A stretch of DNA of 64,000 bases from Firmicutes bacterium ADurb.Bin080 (GTDB taxonomy: Bacteria; Bacillota; Clostridia; Christensenellales; DTU072), in assembly GCA_002070965.1 (NCBI GenBank), contig MWEH01000138.1, positions 20,499-84,498 of the forward strand, in the 5' to 3' direction. Positions 12,310 through 26,600 of the stretch are shown here, piece by piece; positions within the stretch are counted from its first letter, which is position 1, and each line of letters begins with the position of its first letter. A program made the position numbers and the translations under genes. The notes under the pieces were generated by a model. That model was not told the DNA's origin. It saw nothing but the letters and a program-made list of their open reading frames with translations, and did not search any database.

Positions 12310-14454
12310 ATGCCAAATAAGGTATCTATAGATACAAAAATATTATTAATTTTTATTGGGATCTTTTCTTTCCTAATAATTTTTTTGTCAAGTATTTTAA
12401 CCTCTTCTCAAGAAATGACGAATCAATTTGAAGCGCGCGGGTACATCAACCAAATCGATCAAAAAGAAATTTATTATGTTAGGCAGGGACCAAACCAAGA
12501 GTTTGGGCTAGGCTATGAGACTCCAGATAAACAAATTTTCCAATATTCTACTTTAACTTCTTTAATTGAGGATGTCCTTTCTCAGCACGCTAAGGCAACC
12601 ATTTTTTTTGAGGAATCTGTCTCGCAAGTTAGCGAGGCAATTATAATAGATAACTCTAACGACAGAATCAATGAAGAGGCTATACACCTTACGATGAAAG
12701 GAACACTGACTAGTATTCTTCCTGGGGGCGCTTTTTATGGAGAAGGAGACAATTCAAATACATACGCTCTTCAGTTTTTAAACTTGGAATCAACGTTTGA
12801 TAGTTTAACCTTTAATACATCTACTATTTCTGTAAAGATTGCTGATTCATCCATTTTGAATATTTACAATAGTATAATCTATGCGAAACCAGAGTATCGG
12901 AATGAATACGATGGAGGCACCATTATAAACAATGGTATTGTCAATATCAAAGAGTCAACAATAGAATGGATCGATATGAGTTCGAACAAACCTAAATTGC
13001 CAGATGGCATTACTCCAAATCCTTCAGCAAAAGGTTACGCTATTTTCAGCTATGGAAAAATAATTGTTGATCAAGGTATTACAGAAAATTACAGCTTGAT
13101 TCGTGGTAACGGGGGTATTTCTATTCAAGAGGGAGGGGAATTGTTGATGTATAATGGATCCCTTCAAAACACTAACTCAGCTTCGGAAGAAGGATATAAA
13201 ACTCTGTTAGTTTTCAATGGAAAAGCAGATATTTATGGGGGAGAGCTTACTGCAACAGAATCTTCACTAGTTGAGCAACCTGTAGTTATAAAACAATCCA
13301 CAGTTTCTTTTTCGGGGGATGTCGTAATCGATAGTGCAATATTTATAGGTTCACAAGATGTTAATTTGGGCAGTACAATTACGATTGGTGATTGTATTAT
13401 AGAAACAGTTCCTGGAGCCTACAACATTTCTATAGAACCTCCAGAAGGAAGCAACCAAATAAACTTAGCTGAAGATGTATCTCAAGTTGAATTAAAGATC
13501 GTTGATGTTGATCCCGAAAGAATAGTATCTGACGGATGGGGGGGAGAAAGTGGAGACACTATCCTTTTGGGTGAGGTCGAAAATTTAGTTTCTGAAGGAG
13601 AATCTATTTCTCCTAATGTCATTTTTATCTACTATGTTTCTTACTCCTATTTAAATATAGGAGGTTCTTTAGAAACAGATGTTGTTATGGTTAATGAAGG
13701 AGACTCGCACACAATATTAGGTAGAAAGAGTGTATACAATGATACTTCCCTAACATTATTGCATTGGTTTGATTCCAATACAAGCGACATATATTATTTG
13801 GAAAGTTTCACTTTGACTAATATTCAAAGGGACTATAACTTAGAGGAAAGATTGTTCTTAAATGATTTTTCCCTAGATGAGTTGAACGATTTGGGGGGTG
13901 ATATACCAGAGAATGGATATTATGTGGTTGCAAATCTTTCGGATTATCAAGATGAGTCTGTTTCATATAATTTTTCCTGGTACTACAAATCTAATGAGTT
14001 GGAAACATATTCTTGCTTAGAGGAAGAAAACAATGACAGACTATTTTTCAACGAAGATACTCCAAACGGATATTATAAAATAGAAGTTTTCGCCTCCCTT
14101 ACTGCCCCAGAAATGTCTGGGATAGGATATATCACTGAAAGTAAGCAATCTGAATTCATTGTTAATTATAACAAGGATCCAGTAGACCCTAACGACCCAG
14201 TTGATCCTAACGACCCAGTTGATCCTAACGACCCAGTTGATCCTAACGATCCGGTTGATCCTAATGATCCTAACGACCCAGTTGATCCAGTCCAACCAAT
14301 AGAATCCCGACCGACAACATTGGAAAGGAACAATTCGATAGCTACTGCTGCAATAGGTCTGACCACAGGTATACTCGCCCTAATTAGCACAGTATTTATT
14401 GCTTTTTCGAAATTTCTTGTACCTATTTTATTAAAAAAAATATCAAAAAGATAA
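12310..14454 (+). CDS. Surface/membrane protein: N-terminal hydrophobic anchor, probable beta-helix-like body, (DPVDPN)n linker, C-terminal hydrophobic segment plus basic tail
   Basis: A 714-aa ORF starting 22 nt after rdgB. The N-terminus is KILLIFIGIFSFLIIFLSSIL. The central region is rich in short G/N/I-patterned segments. The C-terminus is IATAAIGLTTGILALISTVFIAFSKFLVPILLKKISKR. No family was recognised. Confidence 0.8.
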   Translation: MPNKVSIDTKILLIFIGIFSFLIIFLSSILTSSQEMTNQFEARGYINQIDQKEIYYVRQGPNQEFGLGYETPDKQIFQYSTLTSLIEDVLSQHAKATIFFEESVSQVSEAIIIDNSNDRINEEAIHLTMKGTLTSILPGGAFYGEGDNSNTYALQFLNLESTFDSLTFNTSTISVKIADSSILNIYNSIIYAKPEYRNEYDGGTIINNGIVNIKESTIEWIDMSSNKPKLPDGITPNPSAKGYAIFSYGKIIVDQGITENYSLIRGNGGISIQEGGELLMYNGSLQNTNSASEEGYKTLLVFNGKADIYGGELTATESSLVEQPVVIKQSTVSFSGDVVIDSAIFIGSQDVNLGSTITIGDCIIETVPGAYNISIEPPEGSNQINLAEDVSQVELKIVDVDPERIVSDGWGGESGDTILLGEVENLVSEGESISPNVIFIYYVSYSYLNIGGSLETDVVMVNEGDSHTILGRKSVYNDTSLTLLHWFDSNTSDIYYLESFTLTNIQRDYNLEERLFLNDFSLDELNDLGGDIPENGYYVVANLSDYQDESVSYNFSWYYKSNELETYSCLEEENNDRLFFNEDTPNGYYKIEVFASLTAPEMSGIGYITESKQSEFIVNYNKDPVDPNDPVDPNDPVDPNDPVDPNDPVDPNDPNDPVDPVQPIESRPTTLERNNSIATAAIGLTTGILALISTVFIAFSKFLVPILLKKISKR
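14176..14292 (+). repeat. 18-nt in-frame tandem repeat (GACCCAGTTGATCCTAAC)n encoding (DPVDPN)n
   Basis: About 6 near-identical consecutive units are visible in the nucleotide sequence. Confidence 0.9.
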
Positions 14455-14574
14455 TATTATTTTCGTATATTTTCTAAAATAGCTGGTAATAAAAACGCAA
14501 AAATTTTACTTACAAAGAATGATTTTTTACTAAAATTTTATTTTAAAGTTCATATAGTTTTCACTGCCCATCCA

Positions 14575-14603
14575 TTGATGGACATATTATACGCGTGTAT
14601 AAT
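14575..14603 (+). promoter_or_regulatory. Candidate promoter for the giant ORF
   Basis: TTGATG (14575-14580), 17 nt, TATAAT (14598-14603), about 38 nt upstream of the TTG start. A weak AGGT SD lies at 14632-14635. Confidence 0.4.
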
Positions 14604-14640
14604 AAATACATAAAGAGAACCAGTTAAATGTAGGTAAATA

Positions 14641-17600
14641 TTGAACTGTAGAAAATCTATTTTCAAAAAGACTTATACGATTTTGCTAATAGCACCAATC
14701 CTGATGGTGTTGTTTGTTTTTCTTTTTACTGCTAGCTTGCAAAATGTATCTGATTACGAATCTTCTCTGAATATAGTTGCTGAAGCTGCTTTGTATAATT
14801 CATCCGTCTTTAACTCAACGCCTCTCTCCGTTTCAGACTTAGGCGCCACTCAGACTATTCTAGTTGATAGTGCGGCTTCCGATAAGGTTAACATCAACAA
14901 CGCTGCAAAAAATAAGATGGGTGTCCAAAACGAATGGGGAACAACGAGTTGGTCCAGGTTTGAGATTGATTCTAATGGACGTTGGATTCTTGAAGGCGAT
15001 GGGCAAGATGGAAAAAGAGTCTTGGTCTGGGCTAGATTTCAGATAGATGATGATATGATAAATATTAGAAGGTCTGGAAGCCTATATGCTACTTTGTATA
15101 GTGAATACGCTTCTATTGGAACGGGAGACTATTTGCATACTGGTATTGGAAAGGCAGGCTTGACCGATTCAGCTATTTCAACTTCAAGTACTCGAGATAA
15201 TACCTCTGCTTTTTTATCCTCTCAACAAAAACCTGGATGGTCAGCATGGTGGAGTACTGACAATGCTATGCCGGTTGCAGCTGGAACTGTTACAAGCGAT
15301 GGTTCTGCAAATGATGCATATATTTACTTTTTCTTTTATGCTGTTGGAGGCGGAAATGTAGCTTTTGGAATAGAGAATATGCGTTTTGTCCTTTCTTATC
15401 AAACAGGTAATGCGGTTAAAGTAAATGAGAACCATAGCAAAGTCGGAGGAATAACGCCCTCAAACATTGGATCTCTTGGAGACGCAGAATATCTTAAGAA
15501 CGCAACCTCTGGCACTTATACAGATTTAGGTAATTCTGCTACTAATTTCAGTTTTGATAATTATAGTGATTATTATTACATGCGTTCTGACGAGATCGTG
15601 ACAGGATATCGTTTTGCTGGGTGGCTTGAAACGACCTCTAGTTCCCCACCTGTGGCTGATATGGACAGGGCTGATTTTACTTACAACACTACCTTAGCTT
15701 CAGCTAGGACAGAAATACAAAGCAAAATAACTGGTTTTGTTGCATGGCATAATGGGACTTCCGCAAGTGGATATAACTATTTAAAAATCGGGAGAGTGGC
15801 TGGATCTGGAAATACAAGAATTATTGGAGGACGTAATATTACTGCCGTGTATGTTCCTTTGCAATATGAAATTCGATTTACAAAAACTGGTACTACAGAA
15901 GAATACGACCAATGGGTCCCAAGCAGCATTCTTACAAATTTAAGGGTAAACACGATAACCAATGGGGATTCAATATTCTTGGGGTGGAAATCTAACCCTG
16001 GAGCGAACGCTTACGTCGATGAGGCGGCTATAGTTAATTTGATTTCTTGTCCTGAAGCAAATATTAATGCTACAGATTATTTTAGGTGTGACGTTTATAT
16101 AATTATGGAGGCACAGTGGGGAAACTATAGCGTTGGATCTGCGAGCAGTATAACTGTAGCTAGCTATGCCCAAGTTAGTAGAGGGGATTATGTGGACTAT
16201 TACTACAATGTCACCCTTAAAGACACTACTAATAATACTCTTCAGGGAGTTTACGCTACTTACTCAAGCGGTCCGTTATCCGGAAAGAGTGTTGTTCTTG
16301 ACAAAGACCCAAATCCTTCCTACCCGAATGGTTACATCCTTCCTTACGTAGCAGGCCAGGCAACTATACACGGCGATATTTTGCGAAAAATATACACTAT
16401 AACTTATAGTTATTCGGGATGGACATGTTCCCCTACTGTCGAACAGCAAACGTTAATTGCTGGGGTTGGTAAGAGCTTTTTGGATCTTCCGGTTCCCACT
16501 AAAACGGATTATATTTTTGAAGGCTGGACATATAGTGGAACCTTAGTGAGATACAATTCATTAACTGGTGTTACGGGAAATATTACTTTGAGTGTGCAAG
16601 GATACGAAAAGAAGACTACATCGTATAATACGTATACCTCTTCTTCTGGCTCAACTGAAACGCCTACATCTTTAGATAATAATTATTGGAATAGGTCTTT
16701 AGTTGGAAAAGAGGGAGCCATCCAAGATTCAGGTATGAAAGTTTCAATAGATGGAAGTGATTGGATTGGTTTTCGAGATAAGGGTCTTGTCACTGACGGT
16801 GACACCTCTAAATACTATAGGCACGCATCAATGTATATACCTCTGGAAGGAGATGCTTTAAAAGCCTATATGCTTGGAGCGACTATAAAGGTTTCTGCAT
16901 CAGCAGATGGAATCGCTGCGGCAAAGGGCAGATTGGGATATTGGGCAGAAGCAGAAACAAGGATAGCCGTTAATAGCGGATATGTACTTTCGAGTAGTAG
17001 TTCATTTCCTGACAATTCATCCTCCTCAATTATTAAGAGACAAAAAGGGGGTAGCTGGGGAAAATCTACTGGTTCAAAAACAACTCCTAATGTAACTCTA
17101 TCTAGCCCAGGTTTTACAATACAAGTTGCCTCAAGACACAGTGATGAGGCCTCAAGCAATACTAGTTATGAAGCGCAAAGTGGCTGGAAGAATTTCACCT
17201 ATACGGTGGCCATTACCAATCTGCCTGCCACATATTCTGTTCAACTTAATGGGAATAATGGAACTAGAGCTTTCCCCGGAAATTCTTCCGCGACATCTTA
17301 TACGATCAATGTGGCGAATACTGCTAATTTTAAAGCAAACATACCATACAATCTTTTTTCTAGAACAAATTATTTTGGCGATGATACCGGGTGGGCCACT
17401 TCTTCAGGTGGTTCTCCAAGTGGAACATATTGTCCTGGGGCCTCAATTCAGATGAGTTCAAGCCAAACCATTTATACTGTTTGGTATGAGAAGGGGTATA
17501 CTGTTGCCTCGTGGGATGTCTTGACCGGTAATAATTCAGGTGTTGCGTACAGAGTTCGACCTCCGGAATATAGAAAAGCTGGCACGGATTTTACAACAAG

Positions 17601-20600
17601 TAACGTTGCCGCATCTGGGTTGGACTATAATGGGTTCACACGAAGTAGTACTTATGGGTCGAGATATGTAATTAACGACGATGGAGTGTCTGGGGACAGT
17701 GCTCATAATACGGGATCTACCCTTACATCGATTCTTGGGTCTGATGCTGATAGAACAAGTGAAAATGCATATTGTTTGATATGGGTTATGAATGCCCCAA
17801 CTCCTGTTGGGAGCAATTATAACGGTCTTTATGGTCACTCAGTTGAATTGGATCCTTTGGCGAATGTGAGTCTAACATCGATGCCTCAAGGTTCCTCGTA
17901 TAAAATCGCCAGTTCTGTAGGCGCTGCCAATGGTACAGGATGGAAAAAGGGAGGTGGAGCATATATTGCTACCAACCCCGGCTTTTTATACGAACATGTG
18001 GAATCTTCGGCGGCTGATTCTCAGACTTTTAATTGTACAATTTGGTATAGTTGGACTTTTAACGGTAAAACTTTGTGGAGCAAAACAGGGGAAGGGACGG
18101 GATTAAGCTCTAACATTACTGTAAATATCCAACCTATAGTTTTGTCTTTGACTAAAAAAACTGAACCAGTTGGAGGATATGCTTACAATGGGTATGATCA
18201 GATAACGCCTTACGCAATAGCCGCTCATTCGACTCAAATAGTCGGGAGTCAGGCAGATGCAAACTCCGTTTTTGGAACCGAAAACTCTAGTTCCCTAAGT
18301 ATATTTGGTGCTACTGGAAAGGGTCTATCAATGAATTATGTTTATGCAAGAGATCCGTTTATCAGCGTTGCAAATGATTACCCAACTACTTTTAGAAATG
18401 CTGGAACATATACTGTCAATTCTGCTACCATAAAGTACTTTGAAACTAGTAGCGAGAATAAGAATTATGTTTTTAGAATCGCTGCAGGACAAAGTGGAAA
18501 CACCGGATATAACTACGTTTATAGCGGGACTACATATACAAGAAGTCTTAATGATGGAACGAATTCTGTAATAATGCAACAAGCGATACTCGATGTTTCT
18601 TTGTTTTATGCAACTAAAACCTATTCCTCAAACTCCCCAACTAAGAGATTATTGACACAAGATACAATAGGTCAACACAGTACGCTATATTGGGATATAT
18701 ATATTGATGGTTTACTAGGAGCAGATGAGGCCAACTATAACGCACTCCTCTTAGCAAAATTAAGGAGACAAGGAATATCGGGCTATACTCCTTCTTGGGC
18801 TGTTGCTGCGAATGACTTAACTGATCCTGTAAAAAACAATTTAGACCAAAATGTTCAGTACAAGATTGCATTGGAAATTGAAAGATTTAGTAGTGATTAC
18901 TACGTATATGATTCGGGGGATCCCAATGATTCGTATTATGCAACATTTAGCAATAATTATGTTATGGTTCCTGTTTCTGGAAACTCAACTATCATTTCTA
19001 TAGATAAAGTCGGTGGTGGGTCAGTGTATGCGATCGTGGGTACAGTGCCTGGTTCTCCAGATTCGGATGACCCCTGGTTTGAAATCAAAGAAGTCGTTAT
19101 TGACATTACTTGGTCAAATCCTGGTTCGCTGACATATGACGGCACTTTGCAAGGGAAAGTTGGAACGGTGGCTGGTTTAGTAGATGAAACAAATACTTCT
19201 CCGGTTTTTTTCTATTTCTTAGATGCTTTTGGTGATCCGAAATCTCTTAATGGCGTATCAAAGAGTTCCAATCTTATTACTGATTTAAAGGCTATCAACG
19301 CAGGCGAATATAGTGTGACTCTTTACATTGAACAGACTAACTATAAACTCAACAGTGGACAAAGTGTTACTTGGACAATTAGTAAGCGCTCTTTGGATGT
19401 TACACAAACTAAAGGGTATTTGAGCGACTCAGACTCAACTTTCTATGCTAGCGAAAGTACTGCCATTTATGAAAATGGAAAAGATTATGGATATCGATAT
19501 GTTTTTAGCAATTTAATTACCGTCGGTGGAGTTTATGATTCAGTTTATTTTACTCGCGCACTATACTCAACTACGGGCTATGCATCCAACAATAACGCCT
19601 ATAACAGTACAAACGCTTCTCCTTATATTACATATATGACATCAAAAATATTAGGGACTAATTTGGACACTACCTCAGCAAACCCATCCAATATCGGGTC
19701 TTCTACCTTGCTTGATTCTGCCACTGCAGCTACTTTGACCCAATATCTACTTGCTTATAATGTTGGAACTTACTATACCCAAATTGAAACCCCCATTTCT
19801 AATAGTCGAACGGAAACATATTACTATGTTCGTACTGATGGATCTTGGGCTTCAAATTATTATATTTCCAATCTTGCAAGTAATTATGCAAGGTCGACAT
19901 TTACAATAACTAAGAGAACTCTTACTTTAACTTGGTCGGCAAATTTGAATCCTACATATAATGCTACATATCAAGATACAATGACATTTACAGTAAGTGG
20001 AATTCAATCTGGCGATGAGTTAAAAATATCTTTTACTTTACCCGCTCTTATTCAACTTGGAACGGGCTCTTTTACTTCTGTGATTTCTGATTCTCCAGGA
20101 GGAGGATCCGTTTCGTCTAATCCAACTTCAATTGCGGGATCGTATACTACAATAGCAGGGGTATCCAATTCTACATATAAATTTAGGGCAATCAATGCTA
20201 CTTCCTACAATATTTCATTTACTGGAACAGCCGGCACTGCCTCGTCAAACTATGATTATACGACGGCAAGTAAATCGTTTTCTGTTAGCCCTAAAACCTT
20301 AAGCTTTTCATGGACTGACAATTATAATATCTCTGGGGCATATGAATATGATGGCAACTACATTGGGCAAACTCTTAGTATTTCTGGAATATTGTCAAGA
20401 GGAGCAACCTTAGATTCATTGACGTTAGGGATAACTTTACCAGTGGGTGTAAGAATCATTGAAGATACTTCTTCTGTTGATTCAGACTTGATAAACACTG
20501 TTCCAACCGCCACAGCGCAGACATATACTTTGAACAAAAGTGTTCAAAATACTTCAGGTTCTTTGTTATATAGATTTTATGCCAAGAACGCAAATGTGGG

Positions 20601-23600
20601 CTCTTCTATTTATTCTGCTACGATCGCTAACTTATCAGGAACTCATGCCGCGAATTACACTTTGACAGGGTCAGTTACTTTGAGTAGTTCATTTGTGATA
20701 AATCCAAAAGATTTAACTATATCAATTTCTGAACCCCCCGGAAGTCTTGTGTACAATGGACAACTTCAAGGAAGGACTGCGAGTGTTACTGGTTTAGTAG
20801 GCACAGACTCCGTTATATTAACGGTTCCTTCCCAAGGAACATCTGCGGGACAGTATAATTACACTGGAAACAGTGTATTAAAACCGGATTATAGTTATTC
20901 AGGAGGCGTTCATAATTTTCTTTCCACAAATGCAGGAATATATAGAATTGTAATTTTTGGTATTAATAATACCAATTATCGTCCAGTTAATTGGTTAGGT
21001 ACTCCAATTACCGAATCTGTTCCATTGATCACAGATTTTGGAATTGAACAAAGGGTTATTGAGCTTTCTTGGGGACAAACAAGTTTCGAATATAAGAGCG
21101 ATGATTGGACTGTGTCTCTTCCGACAATCAGCAACAAAGTTGGGACAGATAATGTCTCCTTAGCTTGGAATGATTCAGCCCCCACATACATACATATAGC
21201 AACTAACGTTGGGAATTATACTGCGAGGATTGCGAGCACAGTTGGTGGGACTGCTGGAGGGAATTATACACTTGATGGAGTTACTCTTACTAAAGCCTGG
21301 GAAATTACCCCCAAGGCTTTAAGCTTTTCATATTCTGCGGGTAGTGTAACATATAATTCTGTTTACCAAGAAGGTGCTACTATCACAATTGGTGGGATTT
21401 TTGTAGGAGACAATGTCAAATTGACGATTAATTTTCCCGCTGATGTAAAAATGATGATTGGCAGTACTGCTTATTTAAGCCCAGAGACCACAGTATCATC
21501 CGGTAATGTTCAGACTAATGCTTTAGTGGGAGGCTCTTCAGGAAACGTTTATTCATTGATGTCAAAGAACGCAGGGACTTATACTTTTTCGATTGCAACT
21601 TCTGCGTTAGGCGGAACTGATGCGGGTAATTATACGATTACGATAGCAGTAAACAATAGTTGGACAATAAGCACGAAAGAGATTGATATTATAGGATGGT
21701 ATGTTGGAACATTCATTCCAGGAGGAGCAAATACTGCGTATGTAGCTCACACCTCTTTCACTTATGACAATACGAATAAGACTGTTACAGCCGGATACAA
21801 TATTGGGGCAACAACATCAGCGGACAAAAAGGTTTATACCGTCGATACGATTTCTTTCCTATATAACTCAGGTACGCATACGAACGTTCAGAAGAATGCA
21901 GCGACATATAGTACAACAGTAACCCTTTCAACAGGGCTCCCGAACAACAACTACACCCTCTCTTCATCCAACAGAACTCTGTCATGGAAAATCAACCAAA
22001 AGTTGATAACACTTTCTTTTGGAGAGGTCTATACAACCAGAGTATCAGCATACAACTATACATATGATGGAAACGAGCAGGGTATATCTTTGACTATTTC
22101 TGGTATAGCCTCTGGAGACCATATTAAATTGGCCAAAACTGTTGTTGGAACTCTTAGCGTTGAAGGTTTTACCGGTAGTACTGTCCTTGCAAATACCTCA
22201 TATAATCTTACAGCAAAGTATGTAAATTATAGTTCTGGGGTGGTGCCTTACCAGATTAGCATTACAACGATGACTGACTCAAATGGAAATACCGGATCAA
22301 GCTGCAACTATTATATTTCAGGAGGCCTACCTGTTGGGCAAAACTTTACTATAGGACAAAAAACACTAACTTTATCCTGGTTAAATCCTTCGGAAATAGA
22401 ATATACAGGAGAAACGGTTACTTTCCCATTGCCGAGCATCACAAACCTTATCAGCGGAGATACAGTCTCTCTTTCATGGAATGATGCTTCTCCAACTTAT
22501 GTGCACACAGCGATAACCGTTGGGGAGTATACAGCAAGGATTTCTAGCGCTTTAAGTGGAACTTCTGCGAATAATTACACACTAAGCGGAGTGACCTTAA
22601 CTCACGCATGGGAAGTAATAAAGAGAGTAATCAGTTTATCTGTATCATATTCTTCCGCACTTACTTACAACACTGCTTGGCAAACGGGTGGGACAATTAC
22701 TGTTACCGGTCTAAGAGGAGATGATGAAATAGCGCTTAATGTTTATGCAGATGCAAATATGAAGATGCTTATCGCTCCTGGAGGAGTTCCTGGAAATTCA
22801 GTTATTGGAAATTCATCTCCCACGTATTTTACCCCAACGACAGGAAGCTATTCTATGATATCCAACTTGACTTCAGCAGCTGCTACGGAGACAGGGGATA
22901 AGTATGTGCTACAAGCCTTGTACGGAAGAGCAAGCAATTATTCATTTGAAATCTCTGCTACTTTGGGAGGAGCAGATGCTGCAAATTATGATTGTGATGG
23001 GTTATTAGTGTCTTTTGCTGTAAGTAAAAAAGAAATACAAATTTCAAACTGGTACACAACATGGGATTATTCAACTCAAACTGGAACTCTCTATTCCTCA
23101 AACAGCTTTACTTATGATGGAGCATATCACAATGTATATCCGGGCTATGTTGGAGGGGCTACTACCTCAAGTGACTATAAAGTTTATAGCAGTGACTTGG
23201 TAGTGGGGAATGTTTTATCTTTCACTTATTCGGGAAATCCAAACTCAGCAAAAAATGCCGGAAGCTACACCACCACAGTAGCTTTAGCTACCAGCCTTCC
23301 TAGTTCAAATTATGTATTGTATACAGGTGCAGGAAATAAAAATTCACTATCTTGGGTAATAGCACAACGAGTTGTGCAAGTAAGTTGGGCAGGGGACACC
23401 TCAGGGGCTACTTGGGTAGATTTATCTGGAGTACTTACAACAACCTATGATGCACTTTCACACAATATTGAAGCCACTTTTGTGAATAAGGTTACTGGGG
23501 ATACATTAACTCCGACATATTCAGGAGATAGAAATATAACAAACGCGGGGGTTTATTCTACCACTCTTAGTTCGCTAGCAGGGGCATCTTCAGCAAATTA

Positions 23601-26600
23601 CACACTTACTGGGGCATCTGGATTAACCAAATCATGGGAAATAGAAAAGAGAACGGCGACAATTGGATGGAGCGCAACAACTCCCGTATTTACATATAAC
23701 GGAGACTTGCAGGGATTAACAGTAACATTTGGAAATGTTATAAGCGCTGATGTATTGGTTTTTGAAGTCACGACGACTACAAATTCAGATACAATTACAG
23801 GAACTATTGTCAGCGGTGGTTCGATTGTTTATAGTGACCCAGTTTTTAGTATCACTAGCACTTCGGGGAATACGACAACTGTAGCAACATTAAAAGCTAA
23901 ACAATACGGAACCTATCAAGTAACAGGCATTGTCTTATCAGGGACCCCAAGCTCAAACTATGATTTAAGTGGACAGAGTTCAACCAATAGTTTCACCATC
24001 GGAAAACGTCAAATTACTCTAAATTGGACTAGTTCTTCTCCATATATATATAGGTATGGGACTGAGCAAGGATCCTCCCTCCAAGTAAGTGGAATTTATC
24101 CCAATGCCTCTAGGGCAGGTGGATATGATGAAATTAAGTTTTCTCTGAGCATTACCGGGACACTTACCACCAATGATTTAAGTACACAACCCGTCCTTCA
24201 AAACAATTATTCTTATTATTTTGAAGCTATTAACGCGGGTACATATTCAGTAGTGGTTTCAGCATCATTACTTGGGCAAGATAGTCAGAACTATGAAGTT
24301 CCTGCAGCAGCCCTTAGTAGAACATCTACCTTCATTATTAACCAAAAAGGTATCGCTGTGGACTCTTGGTATGTTAACTCCTTTACACCTGCTGGGCCAA
24401 ACACTGCTTATGTAGACCACACATCTTTCACATACAACGGAGTTAATCAAACGATAGTTGCAGGGTATCAGGATGGGGGAGCTTCAGATTTTGATGGCAA
24501 AGTATACAGTCCAGACACTATTGCATTTGTTTATACTACCGGGACAAATTTGAATATACAAAAGAATGTGGCAACATATTCATCTACTGCGACCATGAAT
24601 TCTTCTACACCGAGTTCAAATTATTATATTACATCGGGAGCAACTAAAGAATGGAAGATTAATCCTCTCGCAGTTAATGTTAGCTGGACGGGAGATTCAT
24701 TAGCGACATGGACTTACGCCTCGGGAACATTTTACGTGACTTACGATAGTCAAGCTCATAATGTTATTGCTACCATTAGTAATCGCTATGGGGCTGATGT
24801 TTTGACCATTACCTATTCAGGTGATGTAAATAAGATAAACGCTGGAACTTATTCAGTTTCGGTAAGTGGAGTCGGTAATTCCAACTATACTTTGACTGGT
24901 GGTAGTGGGTTAAGCCAAGGATGGGAGATAGAAAAGAGACAATTAACTGCGACTTGGGACGCCCTTTCTTCTGCTGTTTACAACGGAACTGAACAAGGAC
25001 CAAATATAACGATTTCAAACATTGTGACATCGGATGCTTCAACCTTTACCGTTGCCGGGTCAAGTGCAAGCTTCAATGGAAGTATTGTGAGTGGGGGAGG
25101 AATCAGCGGAACATATCCTTCATTTACTCTTACCTCTGCAACCAATGCTTCAACATTGATTGCTAAGTTTGCTGCACAAAATTATGGGACGTATACTGCA
25201 GAACTAGCTCTTAGTGCTGCTACTGCGCTAAATTATACGATCATTGGAACATTAGAAAAAACATGGTCAATAACAAAGAAATTAATTAGTCTAGTTTGGA
25301 CAAATAATTCGCCCTTTACCTACAATAGTTCAGATCAAGGTGTTAATCTAACGGTTTCAGGCATTTATGCTTTAGATGAGACAGTTGATAGGTATATCGA
25401 ATTCGCACTTACAGTGGTAGGAACCGTAACATTATTGGGTTCTCAATTAGTTTCTGGCAATAAAAAATTCGTTAACGGGTCATATGATTTATATGGAAAG
25501 AATGCAGATTCATATTCAGTTTTAATTTCCGCTACTCTAGGTGGCCCGTCCGCAGCCAACTATTCCTTGCCTTCTTCTGAAGCAGGTAGAAGAGCGGACT
25601 TTGTTATCAATAAGAAAAATGTGGCTATTACTGATTGGTACGTTGGTTCTTTTGATATTGATAATCCTGGCTCGAACGTTGCATACAATGCATCTTCTTT
25701 TGTGTATGATAATACTGATAAAACTATAGTTGCAGGGTTTTCTGCTGGAGCTTCATTGAGTTCTGATGGGAAAGTATATAATTCTGATAAGAACAGTATT
25801 GCTTTCACTTACAGCCCTACGAATATTAGAAGAAACGCGGGTTCATATTCCTCAACTGTGAGTATGGCAGTTGACAGCATAAGCAGTAATTACCAAGTAT
25901 CTTCAAACGGAACTAAAAACTGGGTGATTGGCCAAAAAACATTAACGGTGAGTTTTGCGGGAAGTGCGACATACACTTATAATGGAAATGCGCAGGGAGT
26001 AACAGTATCAGTTTCAGGGATCGCTTCTGGAGATACGGGAGTAAGATTAACGGTATCTAATTCTGTTATGGATAACGTAGGCTTTACTAGTTCCACATAC
26101 CTATCCAATACAAACTATGTATTCTCTGCTAAAAATACAGGTAGTTACTATATTGATATAACCGCGATTGTAGATAGCAATGGTAATACAGGGGCAAGCT
26201 GTAATTATACTGCAGATTTGCCATTTGAGCATGATTGGATAATCAACCAATTGGCTGTTTCTTTGAATTGGGGCGTAACCGAGTTTGAATATAACGCAAC
26301 TACCCAAGGGGTTTCTCTTCCAATTATTTCAAACCTAATATCTCCCGATATAGTTACTCTCTCTTGGAATGACTCAGCTCCCGATTATGTCCATTCTGCA
26401 ACAAACAAAGGTATTTATACTGCTAGGCTTTCTGGAACATTGGGAGGCGCATCTGCAGCAAACTATTCTATATCTGTTGGTCAACTCACAAAGACATGGG
26501 AAATAACAGCATGCCTAATTCATGTCAGTTGGGGAACAACCCTGTTTACATATAATGGAACGAAACAAGGAGTTGAAGTAACCTTAGGCAACATAATGGA

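Noticed and set aside
14041-14390. Minus-strand ORFs with (GSLGST)n- or (VRINWV)n-like translations.
   Set aside because: They are mirror images of the in-frame (DPVDPN)n tandem repeat of the 714-aa gene, an artefact of repeat periodicity.
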